Positions 8,815 through 18,829 are shown, counted from the stretch's first letter. The stretch: 64,000 bases of DNA from Spirochaetia bacterium (GCA_965203055.1 OZ241863.1:1504001-1568000), one strand, 5' to 3'. Notes: generated from the letters alone by a model not told the origin. Numbers and translations are program-made.

Positions 8815-10618
8815 GATGCGGATGAGCGCCAGTATAGCAGGACCCGGCTCCGCAGCGCTGCCCGACCAGCGCACGATCCGGCTGCTCGACGAGCAGGTGG
8901 CGGGGCGGATTGCCGCCGGGGAGGTGATCGACCGCCCCTTTTCCATCGTGCGCGAGTTGCTGGACAACGCCATCGATGCCGGGGCCGACGAAATCGACGT
9001 GGAGCTGCACTCCGGCGGCCTCGGCCTGGTGGCGGTGCGCGACAACGGCCGCGGCATCGGGCGCGCCGATCTCGAGCAGGTGGCGTTGCGCCATGCTACC
9101 TCGAAGATAACGGACGAGCGCGACCTGCAGCGGGTCACCACGCTGGGGTTTCGGGGCGAGGCGCTGGCCAGCATCGCGGCCTGCGCGCTGCTGGAGGTGA
9201 CCAGCCGGCCGGCGGCCGCGCCGGGCGCGGCGCGGCTGGTGGCCGGCGCCGGCGGGCGCCGGGTAACCGCCGCGGCCGCGGCGCCCGGCACCCGGGTGCA
9301 GGTGACCCGCCTGTTTGCGGAGCTGCCGGCGCGGCGCCGGTTTCTGCGCCGCGCCGGCACCGAAACCTCGCTCTGCCGGCGGATGGTGCTCGAAAAGGCG
9401 CTGGCCCATCCCGGCGTGACGTTCCGCCTCACGGTGGACGGGGCGGCCGACACGGCGTTGCCCGCCTCCGCCCCGCTGCAGCGCGTGGCGGAGGCCCTCG
9501 GCGGCCGGCTGCGGCCGGACGATCTGTTTCAGGCGCGGCGCCGCTTTGCCGATTTTGAGGTTGCCGTGATCGGCGCCCGCCCGGAGCTCGCCGGCCGCGA
9601 CCGGTCGCGGCTGCTGGTGTTCGTCAACCGCCGGCGCATTCAGCAGTTCGGTCTGACGCAGGCGGTGGAGTACGGCTACGGCGCGGTGCTGCCGGGCGGC
9701 CGCCATCCGGTAGCCTGTCTGTTCGTGGAAATCGAGCCGCGGCTGGTGGACTTCAACGTGCACCCGGCCAAGCGGGAAGTGCGCTTTCGCAACCTCGCCC
9801 CGCTCCATCAGGCCGTGGTGCGCGTGGTCCAGGAGGTGGCGCCGCAGTTCGGCAGCCGCTCGCCGCTGGCCGCGCCCGCGCCGCCGCCCCCGGCCGGCAA
9901 CCTGCCGTTCCGGCCGCCGGCGGCCCTGGGCGAAACGCTGGCCGAGTCGCCGGCCGGCTTCACGGCCAGCCCGGCGCCGGGGCCGATTCTCGACCGGCCG
10001 CCGGGGATGGCCGCCGCGGCGATGATTCCGGCTCCCGGCCCGGCCCCGGGAGCGCCCGCGGCGGCGCCTGACCCCGGCGCCGGAATGCGCTACCTCGGAC
10101 AGACCCTGGGGCTGTTCCTGCTGGTCGAAATCGGAACCACCCTCTACTTCGTGGACCAGCATGCGGCGCACGAACGGGTCCTCTTCGAAGACTTGCGGCG
10201 GCGGGCGTTTCCCGTCCAGCGGCTGCTGCTGCCGATTGCGCTGGAGCTGGAACCGGCCGCCGCGGATGCGCTGGCCGCGGCGCGCGCCCGGCTGGAAGAG
10301 TTGGGAATCGTGCTCGCGCCCGGCGCCGGGCGCCCGGCGCGCATTACCGCCCTGGCCGAGCCGCTGCACCGGATTCCGGGCGAGTGGCTGGCGCGCTACC
10401 TGGCCGGCCTGCGCGGCAGCGAAGCGGACCTGGAGCGCGCCGTGCTCGCCGACGTGGCCTGCAAGCTGGCGGTGAAGGATGGCGAGGTGGTGGATCACGA
10501 GGCGGGCGCCGCCATCGCGCGCCGCTCGTTCGCCATCGACCTGCAACACTGCCCGCACGGGCGCCCGTTGTGGTACGCGGTGGCGCGCAACCAGTTGGTC
10601 AAGCGGGTAGGCCGCTAG
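8813..10618 (+). CDS. mutL: DNA mismatch repair endonuclease MutL
   Basis: IAAGEVIDRP..VRELLDNAIDAGA, RHATSKI, TLGFRGEAL, DFNVHPAKREV, DQHAAHER, ACK, CPHGRP; start is one of the ATGs at 8813/8816/8822. Confidence 0.96.
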   Translation: MMRMSASIAGPGSAALPDQRTIRLLDEQVAGRIAAGEVIDRPFSIVRELLDNAIDAGADEIDVELHSGGLGLVAVRDNGRGIGRADLEQVALRHATSKITDERDLQRVTTLGFRGEALASIAACALLEVTSRPAAAPGAARLVAGAGGRRVTAAAAAPGTRVQVTRLFAELPARRRFLRRAGTETSLCRRMVLEKALAHPGVTFRLTVDGAADTALPASAPLQRVAEALGGRLRPDDLFQARRRFADFEVAVIGARPELAGRDRSRLLVFVNRRRIQQFGLTQAVEYGYGAVLPGGRHPVACLFVEIEPRLVDFNVHPAKREVRFRNLAPLHQAVVRVVQEVAPQFGSRSPLAAPAPPPPAGNLPFRPPAALGETLAESPAGFTASPAPGPILDRPPGMAAAAMIPAPGPAPGAPAAAPDPGAGMRYLGQTLGLFLLVEIGTTLYFVDQHAAHERVLFEDLRRRAFPVQRLLLPIALELEPAAADALAAARARLEELGIVLAPGAGRPARITALAEPLHRIPGEWLARYLAGLRGSEADLERAVLADVACKLAVKDGEVVDHEAGAAIARRSFAIDLQHCPHGRPLWYAVARNQLVKRVGR

Positions 10619-10675
10619 GCGCGCCGGCGCCGGGGCGCCGCGGCAAGCAGGGCCTCCGCCGCGGCCGTGCCGGTG

Positions 10676-11080
10676 TCAGCCGCCGTCCGCCGTCAGGCGC
10701 GCGTATTCTTCGCCTGACAGGAGCTGGTCGAACTCCGCCGGATCCGCCATCTCCAGGACGAAGATCCAGCCCGCTCCCAACGGGTCGAGATTGATCAGCG
10801 CGCGGCCTTCGGCGTCCGCCAACCGCTCGTTGCAGGCCACCACGGTCCCGCTCACCGGCGCATACAGCTCACCCGCCGACTTGAGCGACTCGACCGCGCA
10901 CAGCGCGCTGCCGGCGGCCGCCCGGGTGCCGATCCGCGGCAGCTCCAGGTAGGCGATCGCGCCCAGCTCACGTTGCGCAAAGTCGGACAGGCCGACGGTA
11001 ACCCGGCCCGGCGCGTCGCGCCGGGCCCACTGATGGTCGTGCGAGTAGCGTAGTTCCATGCCAAGTTCGCCAGGTTCCAT
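10676..11080 (-). CDS. gcvH: Glycine cleavage H / lipoyl carrier protein
   Basis: YSHDHQW, VGLSDFAQRELG, VESLKSA lipoyl-Lys motif, PVSGTVVACN, DPLGAGW. Confidence 0.9.
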   Translation of the reverse strand: MEPGELGMELRYSHDHQWARRDAPGRVTVGLSDFAQRELGAIAYLELPRIGTRAAAGSALCAVESLKSAGELYAPVSGTVVACNERLADAEGRALINLDPLGAGWIFVLEMADPAEFDQLLSGEEYARLTADGG

Positions 11081-11084
11081 GACT

Positions 11085-13568
11085 TCAATCGAGCAGTGGA
11101 TTGGCGCTCGGCCGCCCGGCGCTCGGCTCCGGCGCGGCGCCCGCCGGAGCCGGCCGCCGGGTCAGGGCCGCGCCGCCGGCGCGCGGCGGATCCAGCGCCA
11201 GCCCCAGCGGGGGCCCCACGTCGATGGCCAGCAGCGAGCTGCGCAGGTTGGCTATCACCTCGGCGCGGCGCTCCGATTCATGGGCCAACATTCGGTCCCG
11301 CTGCTTGGGATCGGTGCCGGTAAGGAAGACCTCGGCAATGATCTCTTCTCCCGGCGCGCCGGACGGGAGCAGTCCCGAGCGGGCATTTACGGTCACCTCG
11401 ATCAACCCGGTGGAGGGACGCACGAAGCGCTGCGGCTGCTCCGGCTCGATCTCCTTCATGTACTCGGCCCACGCCGGACCGGTGGCGGTGGCGCCGGTCA
11501 GGTTCAGCCCCAGGGTCTCGCCGCGCTCGTCGAAGCCCATCCACAGGGCCGTGGCCTGGCGCGGCGTAAAGCCGACCGTCCAGGCATCGGACCAGTTCTG
11601 GGTAGTGCCGGTCTTGCCGGCCGTATCGCTGGCGAATCCTCCGGCCTGGCTGCTGGCCCAACGCAGCGTGCCCCACTGCACGGTACTCTGCAGCAGGTTG
11701 GTCATGAGGTAGGCCACCTGCGGGCTCATGATCTGGCGCGCGCGGCGTTCGGCCCGCTGGCGCGCGCGCAACTCCTTTTCCACTTCCAGCACCATGCGTC
11801 CGCTGCGGTCCTCGATATACTGGATGGCGAGCGGGGCCACCGACCGCCCTTCGTTCGCGAACGTGGCATAGGCGCGCGCCATCTGCAGCGGCGACACCGC
11901 GATCACGCCAAGGCCGAGCGGGTACTTGCGCGGGAACGTCGCCTCTATCTCCTCCGCTTCGGAAATGCCCAGCATGCGGGCGGAGCGGTCGATGGCGGCG
12001 TCGAAGCCGATCTCGTCCAACACCTTGAGCGAGGGCACGTTCATCGAGCGGGCCAGCGCGGTGCGCAGCAGTACCGGTCCCTTCCACTCGCCCCGATAGT
12101 TCAGCGGTACGTATTCGGTGCCGTCGTCATTGATGAACGCGACCGGGGCGTCGACGATCATGGAAGCGGGCGTGAAGTGACGTGAGCTGATTGCGGCCGA
12201 ATAGTAGAGCGGCTTGAACGCGGAACCGGGCTGCAGCCTGCCCTGGGTGGCGCGGTTGAACTGATTGCCGGTCTCGAACTTGCTGCCCCCTACCATCGCC
12301 AGAACGTGGCCGCTGCGGGTGTCGAGGGTAATTACGGCGCCCTCCACCTGGGTTCGCTTCGCCTCCTGCTCGACCCGGTCATAGGCGACCCGGGAGATGA
12401 AGCGCAGGTCATCGGCAGCGAGCGTCATTCCCAGCAGGTCGAGGGTCGGCGCCAGCTCGCGGATGAATTGCTCGGTGCCCTGCTGGCGGGTACGGACCCC
12501 CGCCACGCGCAGATCGCCGACGTTGAAGCTGAGCGAGAGCAGATCGATGAGCGGCAGGAAGCTCCGGTCGGCGGCCTCGAGCCGCGCCTGCGCGGCGCTG
12601 CGGCGCGTGTCGTTGACCCGTTCCAGGTGGCGGGTCAGCACCGCTTGCGCGGCGTGCTGGTAGTCCAGATCGAGGGTGGTGTGGACGGTCAGTCCATCCT
12701 GATACACGTCCATCGAGCCCAGCAACAGCTCGTCCAGCCGGCCGCGCACGTATTCGCTGAAGTAGGGGGCCGCGTCCGCGCGCTCCAGGAACGCGGTGGA
12801 GCGGTTCGACCGGGTAAAGTCGTAGTTGTCCCAGTACTGCCGAAAGGAGCGTTCGGCGTCAGCCGCGCCGGCGAAGCCGAGCGCCGCCATCTGGTTGAGG
12901 ATCTCGCGCTGCAGCGTGCGCGCCCGGTTGGGGTGATTGATCGGCGAGTTTCCGCCCGGGCGGTTGAGCTGGATCACCAGCATGGCGGCCTCGGCCAGGG
13001 ACACGTCGCGGGCCGAGTGCTTGAAATAGAATTGAGACGCCGCCTCCACCCCGTAGGTTCCCTCCCCGAAGTACACCAGATTGAGATAGCGCTCCATTAT
13101 TTCGTTCTTGGTGAGCCAGCGCTCCAACTGAATCGACCACCACAGTTCCACCAGCTTGCGGCGAATGGTGATCTCGGTGCGGTCGGCGTAGACGGTGCCG
13201 GCAAGTTGTTGCGTGATGGTGGAGCCGCCCGACCAGAAACGGCCGCTGATCATGTTCCAGGCGGCGCGAATCGTGTCCGGGATGCGGAATCCCGGATGCT
13301 CGAAGAAGTGACGATCCTCGCGCGTCAACAGCGCCTGGATCAGGTGCGGCGAGATCTCTTCGACGCTGATGATTTCCCGCTTCTGGTCGCGGAAGAACTC
13401 GGTGATCAGACGTCCGTGACGGTCGAGTATTCTGGTGGGTAACGCCGGCCGGTCGCGCTCGTATACGTCCAGACTGCGAATGTTGCGGGTCGCGGCAATG
13501 GCTAGGCCGGAAGCGGTTCCCACCGCCAGCGCCACCAGCAGGCAGACCGCGGCTTGCGCCCGCGTCAA
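11085..13568 (-). CDS. Class A penicillin-binding protein (PBP1A family)
   Basis: Transglycosylase motifs EDRHF, GGSTITQQL, RKLVE, YLN.VYFG; transpeptidase motifs SAFK, SMN, KTG. Confidence 0.95.
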   Translation of the reverse strand: MTRAQAAVCLLVALAVGTASGLAIAATRNIRSLDVYERDRPALPTRILDRHGRLITEFFRDQKREIISVEEISPHLIQALLTREDRHFFEHPGFRIPDTIRAAWNMISGRFWSGGSTITQQLAGTVYADRTEITIRRKLVELWWSIQLERWLTKNEIMERYLNLVYFGEGTYGVEAASQFYFKHSARDVSLAEAAMLVIQLNRPGGNSPINHPNRARTLQREILNQMAALGFAGAADAERSFRQYWDNYDFTRSNRSTAFLERADAAPYFSEYVRGRLDELLLGSMDVYQDGLTVHTTLDLDYQHAAQAVLTRHLERVNDTRRSAAQARLEAADRSFLPLIDLLSLSFNVGDLRVAGVRTRQQGTEQFIRELAPTLDLLGMTLAADDLRFISRVAYDRVEQEAKRTQVEGAVITLDTRSGHVLAMVGGSKFETGNQFNRATQGRLQPGSAFKPLYYSAAISSRHFTPASMIVDAPVAFINDDGTEYVPLNYRGEWKGPVLLRTALARSMNVPSLKVLDEIGFDAAIDRSARMLGISEAEEIEATFPRKYPLGLGVIAVSPLQMARAYATFANEGRSVAPLAIQYIEDRSGRMVLEVEKELRARQRAERRARQIMSPQVAYLMTNLLQSTVQWGTLRWASSQAGGFASDTAGKTGTTQNWSDAWTVGFTPRQATALWMGFDERGETLGLNLTGATATGPAWAEYMKEIEPEQPQRFVRPSTGLIEVTVNARSGLLPSGAPGEEIIAEVFLTGTDPKQRDRMLAHESERRAEVIANLRSSLLAIDVGPPLGLALDPPRAGGAALTRRPAPAGAAPEPSAGRPSANPLLD

Positions 13569-13588
13569 CCGGTACCGCCTCGAGTACC

Positions 13589-13625
13589 AAAAGAAACGGT
13601 CGGCCCCCGGGTGGGGGACCGACCG
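13589..13625 (-). terminator. Intrinsic terminator
   Basis: Minus strand CGGTCGGTCCCC-loop-GGGGGCCGACCG (12 bp, one U-G pair) followed by TTTCTTTT. Confidence 0.85.
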
Positions 13626-13790
13626 ACCCTTTCGGGCGCCGGCGCAAAATGAAGTAAACTGGGAGGGGAACTAAATCTTGCGACCGACACCCTGATTATC
13701 GACAGTGAACGGCGAAACCTGAGACACGAAGGCAAACCCGCCGGCATCGCCATGACGGCGGGAGATTCCATTACCCCAGAGGGTCGCCAT
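13589..13790 (-). ncRNA. Candidate ~200-nt sRNA or cis-regulatory leader (family not recognised)
   Basis: Bounded by a consensus promoter and an intrinsic terminator; lower GC; hairpins CCCGCCG/CGGCGGG and GCCC-GAAA-GGGU; no convincing ORF. Confidence 0.6.
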
Positions 13791-13795
13791 TGGCG

Positions 13796-13824
13796 AGTAT
13801 ACGCTATCCGCGCGCCGCTTTCAA
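13796..13824 (-). promoter_or_regulatory. Sigma70-type promoter
   Basis: Minus strand TTGAAA-17 nt-TATACT. Confidence 0.8.
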
Positions 13825-13852
13825 CTCTCCGCGCGCAGTTTTTCAATCGGGT

Positions 13853-14290
13853 CTACCGGAGTCGCGCCGGCCGCACGAACAGCAGCACGCCGGCCAGTGC
13901 CAGCGCCGCGGGCAGCGCCAGCAGCCCGGGCAGAGTCCCCCAGCGCGCGAACAGCAGCAACTCGCCCAACGCCAGCAGCGCCACCCCCGCGCCGCGCCCG
14001 GCGACCTGCGCCGCGGCGGCGGCGCGCGTTCGCAGGTAACGGCCGGCGGCCGGCGCCCGGCGCGCGCCGCGCAGCAGGCGGGCGCCGGCAACCGCGCACA
14101 GCACCGCGGCGGCCGCGGCGGCGACGAGCCAGTTGTAGACCGGGGTGGCGCGGGTGGCGATCAGCCACAGGGGAACGGCGATGGCGGCGCCGCACGCCGC
14201 CGCGGCCAGCACCACGGCGCCGAGAACCGCCATTACCCGAAGCAACGCCAGGTAGCCGCGCACGATGCGGCGCGCAAGTCCGCTCCCCAC
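13853..14290 (-). CDS. Hypothetical membrane protein
   Basis: About four hydrophobic segments; fills the gap between neighbouring minus-strand genes. Confidence 0.55.
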   Translation of the reverse strand: MGSGLARRIVRGYLALLRVMAVLGAVVLAAAACGAAIAVPLWLIATRATPVYNWLVAAAAAAVLCAVAGARLLRGARRAPAAGRYLRTRAAAAAQVAGRGAGVALLALGELLLFARWGTLPGLLALPAALALAGVLLFVRPARLR

Positions 14291-14345
14291 GGCGGCAGCG
14301 CTCAGCGCCCCGAGCCCGGTCGAACGCGCCCCAATCGCCGCGGCG

Positions 14346-14666
14346 CTAGCCGTCGCCGATGGGACGGGTAACGCGCGCGGTGACGTCGCCGGTGCGCAGC
14401 GCCGCCATGGCCGGTCCGTACTGCTTCATGTGCGGCGCCTGCAGGTGGGCGGCCAATGCCGCGGCCGACTCCCACTGTTCGATCAGAGTAACGCGCTGCT
14501 CGTCCGGCGGCTCCTGGATGGGGAGCGGGGAGGGGGTATCGACGGTGTAGTCGTAGCGCAGACAGCCGGCCTCGGCGCGCACCAGCGGCGCCAGCTCCCG
14601 GGCCGCGGCGAGAAACCGTTGCATGCAGCCGGGCGCGATCCGCATGGTGACGATGACGTGAACCAT
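14346..14666 (-). CDS. ABM-family (putative quinol monooxygenase) protein
   Basis: VRAEAGCLRYD, LIEQWES.AALAAHLQAPHM. Confidence 0.85.
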   Translation of the reverse strand: MVHVIVTMRIAPGCMQRFLAAARELAPLVRAEAGCLRYDYTVDTPSPLPIQEPPDEQRVTLIEQWESAAALAAHLQAPHMKQYGPAMAALRTGDVTARVTRPIGDG

Positions 14667-14699
14667 ACCCACAGAATACCCGGTCCGCGGCCCGGCCTG

Positions 14700-15368
14700 C
14701 TACGCCGAGCCGAACACGTAGCGGGCGAGCAGGGTAGCGGTCAGTCCACCGGTGCGGCGCCACGCGAAGGTGGCCTCGGGGCGGCCGAACATTACCGTGC
14801 CGTGGAACCCGAGGGTCAGCCCTTGCAGGATGTTCCAGGAGGCGCCGGCGGCCGCCACCCCGGAGGCGTCGAGCGGCGACACCACGCCGCTCAGCGACAG
14901 ATTCCAGCCGTCGGCCGGGCGGTAGCCGAGCTCGGGAAACAGGTACAGCCCATAGTGGTCGAGCGCCGCCGGGGGCGGCGGCGCGCCGGTGTCCCAGGCG
15001 CGCCACGGGCGCACGCCCGCCTCCAGCAGCAGGCTGACGGCGCCGGCGGCCGGCCCGAGGTCCAGAAACGCGAGGCCGCCGCCGGTGAGCAGCAGGTGGT
15101 GCGCGGCGGCGCGGCGCAGGTCGGCGCCGGCGGCCGCAGGCAGCGCGGTGCCGGCGCTCAGGTGCCAGTCGATGCCGGTGACCGCTCCCTTCAGGCTGAG
15201 GTAGCCGCGGTGCGCCCGGGCCGCCCCGTCCCCGGCCGCGGCGGGCGCCGCGGCGTACAGGTAGCCGCCCTCCACGGTCAGCTCGCCGAGCCGCGCCACG
15301 GCGCGCCCGCCGGCGTCGGTCCGGTCGATGGTGAGCGGATCGAGCGGCGGCAGCGCCACCAGTTCCAG
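14700..15368 (-). pseudogene. C-terminal remnant of a beta-strand-rich (outer-membrane-like) protein
   Basis: Alternating amphipathic strands ending ARYVF; no signal peptide or RBS; fused directly to a permease fragment. Confidence 0.5.
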
Positions 15369-16510
15369 CGGTCACGGCGACGGCGTAGCAGAACACGAAC
15401 AGCGTGGAGCGCACGCTGAGGCGCGGGTACAACACGTCCGCGAAGTCCAGCTCCACTCCCTCCAGGGCGGCGCCGTAGTCGAGCCCCACCTGCGCGAGCG
15501 GCAGCACGATGGCGCAGCCCAGCGCTACCCCGACCAGCGCCGCGCCGGCGCCGATGAACAACGCCTCCAGCAGGAACAGGCGCGTGATCTGAGCTCCGGT
15601 CATCCCCAGCGCGGCGATGGTGCCGATCTCCTTCCTGCGCTCGAACACCACCATCAACGTGGTGTTGACGATCACCGTGGTCGCCAGCAGGAAGAAGAAC
15701 AGCGCCACGAGGTCGTAGACACGGGTAGCTACCTGCAGCATCGGGAACAGCGGATTGGCCTCGGTCCAGGACTGCACGGCAAGCGCCGGCGGCGCCTCCG
15801 GCAGCTCGGCGCGCAGCGCCGCGCCGAGCGCCGGCGCCTGCTCCTCGCTGCCGGCGTACAGCAGGATCTCGGTGACGCCGTCGGCCGCGGTCAGCTTCAG
15901 GAACCGCTGCGCCACGTCCAGCGGCGCCAACAACAGGCCGCGCATACCGCCGATCGGATAGCCGATCACGCCGCTGACGGTGAAGGTCCAGGCCTGGGTG
16001 CTCAGCAGCGCGGTGCGGGTGAGGATGGTCAACTTGCCGCCCGCCGCCAGGATTCCAGGCGCCGCGGAAGATTCCGGTTACCCGGTAGCCGAGGTTGACG
16101 TCGCCGTACAGCGCGCGCAGGTCGATGCCCCGGTTGACCAGCCACCAGGTGGCCGCGGCGCCCGCCGCCAGACCGGCGAGCGAACCGAGCAGCCCGATGG
16201 CGCCCGCTTCGAACACGATCGCGGCGCGCAGCGCGGTATCGTCCATGCCCAGGGCGCGCATCATTCCGAACTCGCGGATGCGTTCGTACACCGCGAGCAG
16301 CATGGTGTTGGAGATTCCCATCGCGGCGATCAGGAAGATGAGGAACAGCAGCACGCCGTTGCTGGAACTCTTGGACTCCCTCAGCGCCAGGTAGTCAGGC
16401 GCCAGCTCGGTCCATCCCGCGGCCGCGGTCCCGGGGACGGCGCCGGCGAGAGCGGCGTTCAGGCGCTCGATCTCGCGCTGCGGCAGCGCGCCGCCCGGCG
16501 CCCGCAGAGC
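15369..16510 (-). pseudogene. Two truncated FtsX/LolC-E-like ABC permease remnants
   Basis: NTMLLAVYERIREFGMMRALGM (frame of 15278..16354) and NTTLMVVFERRKEIGTIAALGM (frame of 14302..16032); both lack their N-terminal halves and last TM segment; frame switches near 16045. Confidence 0.75.
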
Positions 16511-17080
16511 GCGTCCGAATGAGGCGGCGCATCAGTTTCAGGAGTCCCTCACCGGTCGCGGAATCGACGTTGGCGGTGGGTTCGTCCGCCAGCACGATCG
16601 CCGGTTTCCTGACCAGCGCGCGGGCGATCGCCACCCGCTGCTGCTGGCCGCCGGAGAGCTCGCCCGGACGCCGTTCGGTCACCTCCCGCAGGCCGACCTC
16701 GGCCAGCATCTCCAGGCTCCGCGCCCGCACCTGGTTGGCGTCGCGGGTAATCAGCGACATGGCGAAGGAGACGTTTTCGTACGCGGTAAGGACCGGGATC
16801 AGATTGAACGACTGGAACACGAACCCAAGATGATGGCGCCGGAACCGGGCGAGCTGCTTGCGGTCGAGGCCCGAAACCGGCTGACCGTCGATCAGCACCT
16901 CGCCGCCGGTGGCCGCGTCGAGGCAGCCGATCAGGTTGAGCAGCGTTGACTTTCCGGAGCCGGATGGTCCCGCGATGGCGAGAAACTCGCCGCGCGCCAC
17001 CTCAGGCTGACGCCGCGCAGGGCGGCGACTTCGCTGCTGCCGCGGCGGTATACCTTGGTGACGTTGCGGACCGAAATCAC
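16511..17080 (-). pseudogene. LolD/MacB-like ABC ATPase, frameshifted and C-terminally truncated
   Basis: VISVRNVTKVY...ALRGVSL in one frame; GPSGSGKS, LSGGQQQRV, LADEPT in another (shift near 17003); H-loop missing after LMRRL. Confidence 0.8.
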
Positions 17081-17219
17081 CCTTGCCGGCCTTTCGGCAA
17101 CCGGGCGCCGGCGGTGCAAGCGAGGGTGGAAGTTGGAACGAAACCGCGTCCGCGGCGGCGCGCAGTGAAGCACCGTGGGACCGCCGCGGATGCGGTCACG
17201 ACAGGGAAGTGTTGCTGCG

Positions 17220-17510
17220 CTATTCCGCCGCCGCCGATCCCGCCGCGTCGTCGCTCGGATTCCGCATGCGGAACTCCAGCACGTTCTCGACGCCGCGCGG
17301 GCGCCGGACGATCAGATCGCGGCCGAGCTTGGCGCCGGCGAGGCGCAGCGCCTCCCGGGCGAGGGCGATATCCTCGGACTCACGGAACTTCAAGACGCCC
17401 ACCGAATTGCCATCGATGCGCTGGACGTACTTCTCATACTTCTCGACCAAAGAGTCGGTAACACCGGGTTCCTTGACATCTTTGAGCGCGCGAGTAGAGA
17501 ATCGTGGCAT
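17220..17510 (-). CDS. Small hypothetical protein (96 aa)
   Basis: AGGAGG RBS before ATG; natural amino-acid composition unlike the GC shadow ORFs. Confidence 0.75.
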   Translation of the reverse strand: MPRFSTRALKDVKEPGVTDSLVEKYEKYVQRIDGNSVGVLKFRESEDIALAREALRLAGAKLGRDLIVRRPRGVENVLEFRMRNPSDDAAGSAAAE

Positions 17511-17797
17511 ACTAGCCTCCTAAGAGTGATTGAGTTCAAACACGGCACTCTCGCAGCGAACTCGCGCCTTGCCGGCAGGCCGAATCACCAAGTGAGCCAG
17601 GCCTGCCGCGCCGGTTGCAAGTTCGAGAGTGCGTTGTCATGAATCACCATACAATAACGTATATCCTGCCATGCTAGTCAAGCGGGGTTGATGAGACACT
17701 CCGCAACTTCTTGCCGATCGGTTGCCGGAGCGCGAGAATGGCGTACTACGTCACCGGCGGCAAGTCGGGCCGTTACCTTATCCTGAGCGAGGCAGGC

Positions 17798-18090
17798 ATG
17801 ACTATCACCGCAGTCAAGACCGCATCCATCCGCGGCTCCAAGACTGCCACGGAATCTATCACGTGCGCGACGTAATTCTGCTCGCGCAGCGGCTGGAACC
17901 GTTCGCGTTGATGTTTCTGGAGGACCCGGTACCGCCGGAGAACGACGCCGCGCTGGCCAAGGTAACGCACAGCACGCCGATCCCGATCTGTACCGGTGAG
18001 TGGCGTTGCCGCGCGGACGGATTCCGCCCTCTGGTGGAGCGGCAGGCCTGCGACCTGGTGCCGCAGGGGCCGGGTTGGGCGTCGAACTGA
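17798..18090 (+). pseudogene. Mandelate racemase/enolase-superfamily remnant
   Basis: MTITAVKT N-terminus at 17798 joined out of frame to DCHG...LEPFALMFLEDPVPPEN...IPICTGE; most of the gene is absent. Confidence 0.7.
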
Positions 18091-18165
18091 ACGAGGAGGT
18101 GGTCAACCGCCACCTGGCTCCCGGCTCCGGGCGGCTGTGATGCAAGCGTCCGGCGCGGGCGCCTG

Positions 18166-18822
18166 TCAGGTCAGCACGGCCTCGCCGCGCGGCGAGGCAA
18201 GGGTAGCGCGCAATGCCGGCGCCGGTCCCGGCCGTACCGGCAGCTCCACCCCCAGCGCGCGCAGCGCGGCGCCCACCTCCGGCGGCTGCGGGTGGCGGGC
18301 CTCCAGGCGCAACAGGCGGCATCCGGGCGGCGCGCCCGCCGCCGGCGAGACCTCCGTTCCCCAGTCGATCAGGAACGGCACCACGCCGGCGAACGGCAGT
18401 TCCCGGCGCTGGCACAAGTGCCAGCGCAGCAGCCCGCCGTCAGGCCGGCGGCGGCCGCCCGCGGCCACCGGCCCGGGGTCGTAACCGCGCGCCGCCGCCT
18501 GCCGGCGCCACTGTTCGAGCCGTTGCGCGGCGCTCGTTCGGGGCGCGTCCGGCGCGCGGGGCGCGGCATGCACCGCAAACGTGATCAGGCGCGGCGCGGT
18601 AAGGTCGTTCAGGCCGAACGGGCGCGGGGAGGGCGGCTCCGGCTGCGCGGGGTCGGGCGCGATCACTTCGAGGTAGGCCTCCCCGCCGAGGGCGAGCAGG
18701 GCATTGTGGGTGCCGCGTCCCTCGTGGCTGCCGCCGGGCACCGGCGCGACTCCCAGCAGCGCCTCCAGCCGGGCCACTGCGGGCGCCAGTTCGGGCACTC
18801 CGTACACCAGGTGGTCTACCAC
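18166..18822 (-). CDS. VOC/glyoxalase-like family protein
   Basis: DHLVYGV, GGSHEGRGTHNALLALG..YLEVIAPDP, PFLIDW. Confidence 0.85.
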   Translation of the reverse strand: MVDHLVYGVPELAPAVARLEALLGVAPVPGGSHEGRGTHNALLALGGEAYLEVIAPDPAQPEPPSPRPFGLNDLTAPRLITFAVHAAPRAPDAPRTSAAQRLEQWRRQAAARGYDPGPVAAGGRRRPDGGLLRWHLCQRRELPFAGVVPFLIDWGTEVSPAAGAPPGCRLLRLEARHPQPPEVGAALRALGVELPVRPGPAPALRATLASPRGEAVLT

Positions 18823-18829
18823 CGCCGGG

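Noticed and set aside
10676..11080. gcvH without gcvT/gcvP
   Set aside because: Stand-alone H proteins are common, and partners may lie outside the window
13725..13770. c-di-GMP-I riboswitch-like GGCAAAC plus hairpin on the plus strand
   Set aside because: The downstream ACGCAAAG and second stem are missing, and the promoter, terminator, GNRA loop and U-G pair all indicate minus-strand transcription
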